Assembly (NCBI RefSeq): GCF_963921235.1
Contig: NC_086107.1
Span: 94,552,001-94,616,000 of the forward strand
DNA: 64,000 bases
Direction: 5' to 3'
Source of the DNA: Mobula hypostoma
Lineage: Eukaryota
Shown here: positions 25,801 to 36,913 of the stretch, in pieces
Numbering within the stretch: position 1 is the first letter of the stretch
Layout of the letters: the number at the start of each line of letters is the position of its first letter
Program-made: the position numbers and the translations under genes
Notes under the pieces: generated by a model
The model's database searches: none
Seen by the model: the letters and a program-made list of their open reading frames with translations, nothing else
Told to the model about the DNA's origin: nothing

Positions 25801-26055
25801 ACATTCCGCCGCCCCCCCCAGTTCAACCTATCCCATCCTATTCTCCGGACCTGTAGATCGCCCCTAAGCTCTGAATCCTACCTTCGCTCCCCCTACCCCC
25901 AGTTATGGACTCCCTCTTCCCTGCCTCCTCCTTCAACTCCCCAACCCTTTACTTTCTACCATATCGTCCCATTCTCCTGGTTTTCCACTCCCTCCACCCC
26001 GCCCTAACAACCCCCCCTCCCCCAGCACCTCCCCGCTTCAGCGCGCCAGACAATG
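22843..26055 (-). ncRNA. Spliced non-coding snoRNA host gene (SNORD88 host)
   Basis: Donors GTAAGT (25359-25354, 25126-25121) and GTGAGT (24266-24261). Acceptors precede 24918, 24316 (ctaac branch point), 24086 and 23142. AATAAA at 22863-22858. Intronic snoRNA and no long ORF. The start site and exon joins are inferred. Confidence 0.7.
25199..25289 (-). ncRNA. SNORD88: Box C/D snoRNA, SNORD88 (HBII-180) family
   Basis: C box GTGATGC (25282-25276); guide AGCACTGGGC, antisense to 28S GCCCAGUGCU; D' box CCGA (25263-25260); D box CTGA (25208-25205); 12-bp terminal stem GCCGGTCTTCAC/GTGAGGACTGGC. The layout matches my recollection of human SNORD88. Confidence 0.9.
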
Positions 26056-26420
26056 AGGGCGACGCCGCTCACCGCGCACGCTTTTATAGACCGGTTCCCC
26101 AGGCCCCCATCCAGGCACAAGGAATCACGCCTGCGTTTACCATCGCCGCACTTTCATATTTTAAAAACCTTGTAACGCTAAATGTGATTTATTCAGCCAA
26201 TTTATTAGAAATAGATTTTTTAAAAAAATAACAGGCATTGCTAAGATTTTAAGGCAGGTTGTTGGTCAGACACGTCATTCATGAAGATGTCAATCAACGC
26301 CGGTCTTAAAGTGACAGTCTCTCCGGCCGCCCTGTTCCTCTCCCCGTCCTAAACTTCCTTCACAGGACAGTCACCCAAAATAAATCCTTCTTCGCACATG
26401 AGGTCACGAGAGAGAGAAAA
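25340..26420 (-). promoter_or_regulatory. CpG-island promoter region of the snoRNA host gene
   Basis: CpG-rich; TATAAAAG on the minus strand (26088-26081) with Inr-like CTCATT about 30-35 nt downstream; strong G skew on the minus strand at 25540-26035; YY1-like aaatggct near 25480. Confidence 0.7.
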
Positions 26421-27084
26421 AGCAAGGTCTGTGTTTTCATATTTTCTCCTGGTACAGAAGTAGGCCATTTGGCCCATCTATGCAGCCTATTCTCTCCCAC
26501 ATGCTGTCAAGCCCCCCCCCCCACACTTACTTTCTACCTTTCAGACACCTTCGGGGTGGCATAATGCTATCACAGCAGTGTCAGCTCAGGCTCAATCCCC
26601 ACCACTCTCTGTAAGGAGTTTGTACGTTCTCCTCATGACCACGCGACATTCCTCTGGGTGTTCCAACTTCCTCCTACTCTCCAAAGACACACAGGTCAGT
26701 AAGTTGTGGGCATGCGACGTTGACACCAGAAGTGTGGTGACACCTGCGGGCTTCCCCCAGGACATCCTCGGACCGTGTAGGTCACTGACGCAAATGACGC
26801 ATTTCACTGTGTCCATATGATAAATAAAGCTAATCTTTAATTTACAGAAGGCAGCTAACCATTCTCTTTCCTCCCCCTCTCGTCGGGCAGAAGATAAAAA
26901 AACCTTAGATTGAGTACCACCAGGCTCAAGGACAGCTCCTATCCCACTGCTCTCAGACTCCAGAACGGACATCTCATATTGCTATAGATGAACTCTTCAT
27001 CTCCCAATCTACCTCATTGTGGTCCTTGCACTCTTCCTGTGTATCTGCACTGCACTTTCTCTGTAAGTGCTGTTATCCTTTCGA

Positions 27085-27580
27085 ACATATAAGTTAGATA
27101 CTTTTTTGATCCCAAAGGAAATTACGGTGTCACAGTAGCATTCCAAGTGCACAGGTACATAAATATTAGAAGAGAAGTAAGAAAGAATTAAAAATGTTAC
27201 CTCAAACAGTCTAACAGGAAGGAGTCATCACTTCTCCGGCTGTAGGTTGACTCATTACAGAGCCCAATGGCCGAGGGTAAGAATGACCTCATATAACACT
27301 CTTTGGAGCAGAGCAGATGTCTTAGTCTATTACTAAAATGCTCCTCTTTTCAGCCAAGGTGGCATGCAGAAGGTGAGAAACGTTGTCCAGAATTGCCAGG
27401 ATTTTCCGTAGGGTCCTTTATTCTACCTCAGCCTCCAGTGTGTCCAGTTTGACTCCTATAACAGAGCCAGCCTTTCTAATCAGTTTATTGAGCCTGTTGG
27501 CATCACCTGTGTTGATGCCATTGCCCCAGCACACCACCGCCTAGAAGATTGTACTGGCGACAACAGACTGGTAAAACATG
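27085..27580 (-). mobile_element. Rex1/Babar-like LINE 3' end
   Basis: Minus strand reads MFYQSVVAST.F..INKL.RKAGSVIG, related to the element at 46086-47633. Confidence 0.75.
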
Positions 27581-27589
27581 CGATGAACA

Positions 27590-28585
27590 TAATTCCATAA
27601 GAGATAGGAGCAGAATTTGGCCCATCAAATTTGCTCCGCCATTCCATCATTGTTGATTCATTATTCCTCTCAACCCCATTCTCCTGCCTTCTCCCCTTAT
27701 TAATCAAGAACCTATCAAACTCTGCTTTAAATATAGAATGACTTGACCTCCCTCCTTGGAGGGAGGAGAAGATGACAACAGTGCGCGCAGCTCTCCGGCG
27801 AAATGATATCGTATTTGTAAGTAGGATGCCGTGCACAATTCTGATTTGATGGAGACAGACGTGAGACGGCACAGAGGAACATCTGGAGAAATTTCTGAAA
27901 TGCCTGGTTCGCTGCTGCTGCTACTGTGTGATCAAGAATCTCCACAGGGAAGTCCCCAAAATCCCCAGCTTTGCCTACTGCTGGCAACCGAGGCTGGGGT
28001 CGAAGCATTTGGCAGAGATGGTGCTCGGTACTCGGTGTCGGAGGACTGATCGGAGCTTGAAGCTTTCGGATGACTCAGGATTGGACTGTGGTCGGGCACG
28101 ACCAGGAGAGTTTTCTTCCTTCTCCTGTCTGCATGAGATGTGGGACTTTCGGGAGACTTTGAACTTTTTTACTGTGCCCATGGCCTGTCCTTCATCAAGT
28201 TATGGTATTGTTGCACTGTTGTAACTATATGTTATAATTATGTGGTTTTTGTTAGTTTTTCAGTCTTGGTCTGTCCTGTGTTTCTGTGAGATCACACCGG
28301 AGGAATATTGTATCATTTCTTAATGGATGCATTACTAAATGACAATAAAAGAGGACTGTGTGTCCTCATAATCTAATCTAATCTGTGGCAACTAATTCCA
28401 CAGATTCACCACTCTCTGGTTAAATAAATTCATCCTCATCTCTGTTCTAAAGAGACATCTTTCTATTCTGAGGCTGTGCCCTTGGGTCCTAGACTCTCCC
28501 ACTATTGGAAACATCCTCTCCACGTCCACTCTGTCTAGGCCTTTCAATATTTGGTAGGTTTCAATTAGATATTCCCTCATTCTTG
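27590..28585 (-). mobile_element. CR1 3' fragment interrupted by a SINE-like element
   Basis: ORF 28392-28580 has LIETYQILKGLDRVD..QRVVNLWN and continues at about 27755-27590. Confidence 0.8.
27758..28384 (+). mobile_element. Unclassified non-autonomous retroelement with (aatct)n tail
   Basis: CpG-retaining sequence of about 625 bp that splits a CR1. It ends in gacaataaaag..aatctaatctaatct. No clean TSD. Confidence 0.65.
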
Positions 28586-29081
28586 TAAACAGTCCCAGTG
28601 GCTGGTCTTCACTGCCCCAGAGAGTTGTGGAAGCTGCTTCACTGGGGATAATAAATAGGAAATAGATCTGTTTTGGAAAGTTCAGAGAACTGAGGGTGAT
28701 AGGGAAGTGACTCAGAGGAGGAGAGGAGATTCAATTCCTAGGCCCAAGCTGTTGATGCTATTGTGAAGAAGGGATGGGAGCAGCTGTACTTCATGAGGAG
28801 TTTGAGTTTTGGTATGTTCCCAAAAACCTGGGCAAATTTCCACGGATGTACAGTGGAGAGCATTCTGACTGATTACAATACCGTCTGGTATGGAGGGGCC
28901 ACTGCACAGGATCAGAACTATCAGCAGAAGGTAGTAAGCTCAGCAAACTCCATCAAGGGCTCTAGCCTCCTCACTGTCAAGCACTTTTTCAAATGATGAT
29001 GTCTCAAGAAGGTTGTAACACACTTTATTAAAGCATCAGTCTTCCCCAATCAGAAGCCTAGAAGAACCATGAGATCTGAGT

Positions 29082-29221
29082 GAATAAACTCTTCTCCAAC
29101 TTCTTTTTGGGTACAGGTATCATTTTTTACCGATGTTTTGATGACAGACTCTGCCATCTTCATCAAAACGTCGGTTAAAATCGATACCTGTACCCAGCTG
29201 GAAGCCCGAGAAGAGATTATT
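29082..29221. repeat. Inverted repeat from a second PLE-like family with decayed hammerhead core
   Basis: Arms tgggtacaggtatc..ccgatgttttgatga and tcatcaaaacgtcgg..gatacctgtaccca (core 29108-29196). Confidence 0.65.
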
Positions 29222-29269
29222 CGTCATACACAGTGGGAAAGCACTAGATCCTTTTTCATGAGGTCTGAA

Positions 29270-31345
29270 AACTGCTGAGAGTCCGATCAGCGGCACCCAA
29301 GTCTGGTGACCAAGAAAATCACAAGAGGTCCAGGTACGATCTCCAGAAAGCCATCTCATAGACAAAGTCACAATTCTGGACCAAACTTTAATCAACCAAG
29401 GAGTCTCGACAGTTGTGACAGGGCTTGAATAATGTCAGCTCTTATAAAGTTAAGTCTGCGGCGTAGGTGACAACAAGGCTTCACTCCCAGATGAGCTCAA
29501 TGCCTTCTACACTCACTTTGAACATCAAAACATGGAGGAACCATCACAGGCTCCAACATCCCCCCACCCCGCATGATTCTGTGACTTCAGTCTCTGAAGC
29601 CGATGTGTGAGCCACCTTCAAGGGGGTGAACCCACGAGAAGCATCCTGCCCAGGTGGGGTACCTGGCCAGATACTAAAGACCTGTGCTGATCAACTGGCT
29701 GGTTTCTTCATTGAGATATTTAACCTCTCACTTCAGCAGTGCGTGGTACCCAACTGCTTCAAACAGATTTCAATTATACCGGTGCCCAAGAACAGCATGG
29801 TGACCTGCCTCGATGACTATGGCCCAGTAACACTTAGATCCACAGTGGTGAAGTGTTTTCAGAGGTCAATGATGAAACACATCAACTCCTGCCTGAGAGT
29901 GACTTGGATCAGCTCCAATTTGCTTACCGAAGCAAAAGGTCCACAGCAAATGCCATCTCATTGGCTCTTCACTCAACCCTGGAACATCTGGACAACAAAG
30001 ATGTATACATCAGGATGCTCTTTATCGACTAGAGCTCAGCATTCCATACCATCACCCCCTCAAAGGTAACCAATAAGCTCCAAGACCTAGGCCTCAGTAC
30101 CTCCTTGTGCAATTGGATCCTGGATTTCCTCACTTGCAGACCCCAGTGAGTTTGAATTGACAGCAACATCTCCTCCACAATCTCCATCAGCGCAGGTGAA
30201 CCACGAGGCTGTGTGCTTCGTCCCCTGCTCTACTCACTTTACACTTATGACTGAGTGGCTAAGCACAGCTCCATTGACATATTCAAGTTTGCTGATGGGC
30301 ACCACTGCCATAGGCTGAATCAAAGGTGGTGATGAATCAACATTTAGGAGTGGGACTGAAAATCTGGCTGAGTGGTGCCACAACAGCAACCTCTCACTCA
30401 GTGTCAGCAAGACCAAGGAGATGATTATAACTTCAGGAAAAGGAAACTAGAGGTCCATGAGCCAGTCCTCACCAGAGGATCACAGGTGGAGAGGGTCAGC
30501 AACTTTAAAGTCCTCCATCTTATCAATTTGGAGGGCCTTTCCTGGGCCCAGCATTTAAGGGCAATTATGAAGAAAGCACAGCAGTGCTTCTACTTCATTA
30601 GGCATTTACAGAGATTCGGCGTGATAATTAAAACTTGTATGGATGTGTTGTGGAGAGTATATTGGCTGGCTGCATCACCGCCTGCTATGGAAACACCAAT
30701 GCCCTTGAACGGAAAATCCTACAAAAAGCAGTGGATCGTGTTTAAAGCCTTCCCAACCATTGAGCTCATCTATATGAAACACTGTTGCAGGAAAGCAGCA
30801 TCCATCATCAGGAACCCCCACCACCCAGGCCATGCTCTCTTCTCTCTGCTGCCATCAGGAAGAAGGTACAGGAGTCTCAGGACTCACACCAGTGGTGCAG
30901 GAACAGTTATTACCCCTCAATCATCAGGCTCTTGAACCAGTGTGGATAACTTCACTTGCCCCATCATTGAAATGTTCCCACAACCTATGTTCTCACTTTC
31001 AAGGACTCTTCATCTCATGTTTTTGATATTTATCGCTTATTTATTAATTATTATTATTTCTTCTTTTTGTTTCTGCACAGCTTGTTGTCTTCTGCCCTCT
31101 CAGGTTGAAGACTCTAGATGAGCAATCTTTCATTGATTCTGTTATGGTTATTATTCTATGGATCTATTAAGTATGCCCACAAGGAAATGAATCTCTGGGT
31201 TGTATATGATGACATATACACCATGGTCCTGGAGGAACGTTGTTTCGTTTTTACTGTGTACTGTACCAGCAGTTTATGGTCGAAATGACAATAAAAAGTG
31301 ACTTGACTTGACTTGATATATATACTCAGATATTAAATTTACTTT
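29270..31345 (+). mobile_element. Rex1/Babar-like LINE, decayed ORF2 (RT) and 3' UTR
   Basis: GVPGQILKTCADQLAGFFIEIFNLSL (ORF 29626-30069), an FKFAD motif, VERVSNFK; several frameshifts. Confidence 0.85.
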
Positions 31346-31815
31346 TAAACTTTTCTAAGAAAGACCATTAAGAAACCTCACCATTCAGAACATGCCCTCT
31401 TCTCATTCCTACATCAGGGAGGAGCTGGAAGACACACACTCAATGCTTCAGGAACAGCTTCTCACTCTCTGCCATCAGATTTCTGAAAAGTCCATGAACC
31501 CATGAACACTACCTCACTATTTTCTCTCTTTTTGTCTGACTTATTTTTATAGTTCTTGTTGCAACTTACAGGTTTTTTTTTTCACTGCACTGTTCTGCTG
31601 CCACAAAACAACAAATCTCATGGGACATATGAGTGATAGTAAACCTGATTCTGATTCTGTTTCTGTGATGAGGCCTGGATCAGGTCAGCCATGATCATAT
31701 TGAACAGAGGGATAGGTTTGAGGGGCCGAGTGGTCATCTCATACCTCTGTTTTCTTGTTCCAATGTAATAAGAACACATACTTGGAAGAGTCACATGCTG
31801 AACTAACATCACATA

Positions 31816-31867
31816 CAGTACTGTACCAAAGTCTTAGGTAGGGTGTCTAAGACTTTTGCACAGTATG
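31816..31867. mobile_element. Tiny Tc1/mariner-type MITE
   Basis: Imperfect TIRs cagtactgtaccaaagtcttag and ctaagacttttgcacagtatg, flanked by TA on both sides. Confidence 0.7.
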
Positions 31868-31869
31868 TA

Positions 31870-32315
31870 GGACCAGAATTAAGACACTTGGCCCACTGAG
31901 TCTGCTCTGTCATTCCATTATGGCTGACTTATTATCCATTTTCCTGCATTTCCCTGACTAATCAAGAAACTTTCAATCTTATTCTTAAATACAACCAATG
32001 ACTTGGCCTCCACAGCCGGCTGCGGCAATGAATTCCACTGATTCACCACCCTCTGGCTGAAGAAATTTCTCCTCATCTCCATTCTAAATGGATGGCCCTC
32101 TATTCTGAGGCTGTGGCTGTAGACTCCCCCACTGCAGGAGACATCCACTCTATCTTGGTCTTTCAACATTTGATGGGTTTCAATGAGATCTTCCTTCATT
32201 CTTCTAAATTTCAGAGGGTGAAGGCCCAGAGACATCAATCGCTCCTCATACAATAAGCCTTTCATTCCCAGAATCATTCTCGTGAACCTCCTCTGAACTG
32301 ACTCCAATGTCAGCA
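31870..32315 (-). mobile_element. CR1 LINE 3' fragment
   Basis: ORF 31918-32316: LESVQRRFTRMILG..FFSQRVVNQWNSLP. Confidence 0.85.
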
Positions 32316-32347
32316 AGCCGTTATGGATCCAGACAGAATGACTTCTA

Positions 32348-32700
32348 ATGGGTGGCAGGGTGAAGATACGTCTCTATCAAAGGCGGTCTAAGGCGCTGCT
32401 TCCCTCTGCTAGCCTGCAGGTCACCCTTAGGCAAGGTGTGGTACTTGCTTAGCCCCCTGATCAGGGTTATATGAAGCCATGGGAGCAGGTGGTGGATGGT
32501 TGTCTGAGCAACTGGTGCATATCACAACTCCTGGTTATGTAACCACTGATACCAGGCAGACAATCTCTGAAAAGAATTGATAATGGCTGGTGTCACCCGT
32601 CTTGAAAAGACACTGCCCAGAAGAAGGCAATGGCAAACCACTTCTGTAGAAAAATTTGCCAGGAATAATCTTGGCATGGCATATTATGAAGATGATGATG
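32348..32700 (+). mobile_element. RTE/BovB-type SINE, copy 1
   Basis: Ends in gaaggcaatggcaaaccact (Bov-A/BovB-like 3' motif) and a gat-repeat tail. A homologous copy lies at 34035-34415. Confidence 0.7.
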
Positions 32701-34034
32701 AAGCGAACATGCTGAGTTTCCTTAACCTCCTGACGAAGTAGCAGTGTTGGTTCTTGGTTAAAGGCAGAAAGAGGGTTAATGTTTCAGCTCTTTCAGAAGT
32801 TATTTTGCTGTTGAGAATGTGGTTTGAATGAACTTGGTGATGGTATTGTAAATAACATATCATTAAGCTATGAAAGATGGAAAACGTTACATTTACTTAA
32901 CCAATGTGAAACGCCCAGTAACTAATTTGTACCCCCTATCCTGGAAGAGAGCTTACCATAAAGCAAAAGAGAAAGTAAAACCCCAGGTTATTATAGCTTC
33001 AGTGCACAGACCTAGCAATTTGAGGTTACAAGCCAGGAAGGTCAAACAGATATCCATCTTAAGAATATAGATTATGTTTGACATGTTGGCTCAGCTGGTC
33101 CTAAGAGAGGTCAAGATGGACTCCAGCCATGGCAGTGCACTCGGTGATAGCGTATAGACCCTTACTGACCTTCAGATGAAGCATTTCTGTTTTTCTTTGT
33201 TGCCCATTCGAAATTTACCCTTGGGAAGCTGACAGAGTTAGAGAGTAAAACAGTAGGGAAACAAAGCCCTTCAGCCCAATTCATTCATGGTGACCGTCAA
33301 GGGTGTGGCCCTCTAAACCCCTCTTCTCTTAGATGGTTGAGGAGGTTTGGCTTGTCACTGACTACTCTAACAAGTTTCTACAAATGTACTGTTGAAAGTA
33401 TCCTGACTGGTTGTATCATGGCCTGGTAGAGTAATTCGAATGCGCAGGAATGTAAGAAGCGGCAGAGTAGTGGACTGTGCTCAATATATCACAGGAACAT
33501 CATCTCCCTACCATTGGTAATATCTGGATGAGGGTCCAGGCACCCATTGGTTAATGGTAGGGGTCCATGGCATAAAAAAGATTGGGAACCCCTGATCTAG
33601 AGGATGTGGGGCCTCAAGAAGGCAACATCCATAATCAAAGATCCCCACCAAAATTCAAGATTCAAAATTCAAGTTCATCATGTGTACAATGAAACATGCA
33701 TAGATTGCATTAACAACCAACACACCAAACAGTGTGATGGGGGCAGCCGGCAAGTGTCGCCACACAATCTGGCACCAAATAGCAAACCCACTATGCACAC
33801 AGCATGTCTCGCCTTCTGGGCCATGTTACCATCGGGCAAGAGCTACAGATGTCGCACACCACCAGGTTCAGGAACAGTTACTTCCCGTCAACCATTTGGT
33901 ATTGAACCAACAGTGACAACCCTGACCAGTACAGCTTAGCAACACTATGACCACCTTGCACTCAAATGGACTTCAATTTCTTCAACCTTCAATGTTAAAA
34001 GTAAATTTATTATCAAAGTATGTAAATGTTATTG

Positions 34035-34415
34035 GTGACAGGATGGAGATATGTCTCTACCAAAGGAAGTGTAAGACACTCCTTCCCTCCGTTATCCTGC
34101 AAGTCTGCAAGTCACCCTTAGGCAAGGTGTAGCACCTGCTTTGCTCCTTCCCCCCACCCCCGGATCAAGGTCAGATGAAGCCATAGGAACAGTGGTGGAT
34201 GGTCGTATGAGCAGCTGCGGCATATCAGAAATCCTGGTTATGCAACCACTGACACCAGATAGACAATCTCTGAAGAGTATTGATAATGACTAGGTAACCT
34301 GCCTTGTAAAGGCACTGTCAGAAGAAGGCAATGGCAAATCACTTCTGTAGAAAATTTTGCCAAGAACAATCATGGTCATGGAAAGATCAATATTTGCAAC
34401 ACAGCACATAATGAT
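34035..34415 (+). mobile_element. RTE/BovB-type SINE, copy 2
   Basis: Collinear with 32348-32700. Confidence 0.7.
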
Positions 34416-36913
34416 TGAACAATGTATATACTAACATATTATAATTCATGTAATCACAGGCATTTACAGAAAAACAGAAATACAATAGGATTTACGAAAA
34501 ACTATACATAAACAGGTAGTTAGGGGGACAGATAAGAGGTTCTGTGGAAGAGGTCTAAAATCCCGGATGGTCTGTTGCCTCCCTGGTGCCAAGGTCCGCG
34601 ATATCTCAGATCGAGTTCTCAGTATTCTCAAGAGGGAGGGTGAGCAGCCGGATGTCGTGGTCCATGTAGGCACCAATGATGTGGGTAGGAAGAGTGAGGA
34701 GGTCCTGAAAGGTGAGTTTAGGGAGTTAGGCGCCAAATTAAAGGACAAGACCTCCAGGATAGCAATCTCAGGATTGCTACCAGTACCACGTGCAGGCGGG
34801 TTTAGAAATAGTAAGATAGCGCCACGTGGCTGAAGACATGGTGCAGAAGGGAGGGCTTCAGATTTATAGATAATTGGGCAGTTTTCCAGGGAAGGTGGGA
34901 CCTGTTCCAGCAGGACGGTTTACATCTGAACTGGAGGGGGACAAATATTCCTGCAGGTAGGTTTGCTAGAGAGGCTCTAGTGGATTTAAGCTAGATACGA
35001 GGGGGGAGGGGAACCAGAGTGTAGGAACAGATGTAGGGGAGAAGGAAGAAAAATAAAATAGTAAAATTGTTTGCGCCGTTAGTGATAAATAGAGAGTAAG
35101 AGCTGGAAAATTTCTTAAATGCATTTATTTTAATGCTAGGAGCATTATAAGAAAGCTGGATGAGCTTAAAGCATGGATTGATACCTGGAAGTATGATGTG
35201 GTAGCTATTAGTGAAACATGGTTACAGGAGGGATGTGATTGGCAACTAAATATTCCTGGATTTAATTGCTTCAGGTGTGATAGAATCGGAGGGACAAGAG
35301 GGGGAGGTGTTGCATTGCTTGTCAGAGAAAATATTACAGCGGTGCTCTGGCAGGATAGATTAGAGGGCTCGTCTAGGGAGGCTATTTGGATGGAATTGAG
35401 GAATGGGAAAGGTGCAGTAACACTTATAGGGGTGTATTATAGACCACCAAATGGGGAGCGAGAATTGGAGGAGCAAATTTGTAAGGAGATAACAGATATT
35501 TGTAGTAAGCACAAGGTTGTGATTGTGGGAGATTTTAATTTTCCACACATAGACTGGGAAGCCCATACTGTAAAAGGTCTGGATAGTTTGGAGTTTGTAA
35601 AATATGTGCAGGATAGTTTTTTGCAGCAATACATAGAGGTTCCAACTAGAGAAGGGGCAGTGTTGGATCTCCTGTTCGGGAATGAGATAGGTCAGGTGAC
35701 GGAGGTATGTGTTGGGGAGTACTTCGGGTCCAGTGATCACAATGCTATTAGTTTCAATATAATTATGGAGAAGGATAGATCTGGACCCAGGTTGAGATTT
35801 TTGATTGGAGAAAGGCTAACTTTAAGGAGATGCGAAAGGATTTAGAAGGAGTGGATTGGGACAATTTGTTTTATGAGAAGAATGTAATAGAGAAATGGAG
35901 GTCATTTAAAGGTAAAATTTTGAGGGTACAGAATCTTTATGTTCCTGTTAGGTTGAAAGGAAAGGTTAAAGGTTTGAGAGAGCCATGGTTTTCAAGGGAT
36001 ATTTGAAACTTGGTTCGAAAAAAGAGAGATATTTACAATAAATATAGGCAGCTTGGAGTAAATGAGGTGCTCAAGGAATAAAAAGAATCTTAATAAAGAA
36101 ATTAGAAAAGCTAGAAGAAGATATGAGGTTACTTTGGCAAGTAAGGTGAAAATAAATCCCAAGGGTTTCTACAGTTATATAAATAGCAAAAAGATAGTGC
36201 GGGATAAAATTGGTCCCTCAGAGAATCAGAGTGGACAGCTATGTGTGGAGCCAAAAGAGATGGGTGAGATTCTGAACAATTTGTTTTCTTTGGTATTCAC
36301 GAAGGAGAAGGATATTGAATTGTGTAAGATAAGGGAAACAAGTAGGGAAGTTATGGAAACTATGATGATTAAAGTAGATGAAGTACTGGCGCTTTTAAGG
36401 AATATAAAAGTGGATAAGTCTCCGGGTCCTGACAGGATATTCCCTAGGACCTTGAGGGAAGTTAGTGTAGAAATAGCAGGGGCTCTGACAGAAATATTTC
36501 AAATGTCATTAGAAACGGAGATGGTGCCGGAGGATTGGCGTATTGCTCATGTTGTTCCATTGTTTAAAAAGGGTTCTAAGAGTAAACCTAGCAATTATCG
36601 GCCTGTGAGTTTGATGTCAGTGGTGGGTAAGTTGATGGAAAGTATTCTTAGAAATGGTATGTATAATTATCTGGATAGACAGGGTCTGATTAGGAACAGT
36701 CAACATGGATTTGTGTGTGGAAGGTCACGTTTGACAAATCTGATTGAATTTTTTGAAGAGGTTACTAGGAAAGTTGACGAGGGTAAAGCGATGGATGTTG
36801 TCTATATGGACTTCAGTAAGGCCTTTGACAAGGTTCCACACGGAAGGTTAGTTAGGAAGGTTCAATCATTAGGTATTAATATTGAAGTAGTAAAATGGAT
36901 TCAGCAGTGGCTG

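Noticed and set aside
25297..26007. 236-aa plus-strand ORF
   Set aside because: Low-complexity Pro-rich product of the C-rich strand of a CpG island; splice signals and the snoRNA point to the minus strand.
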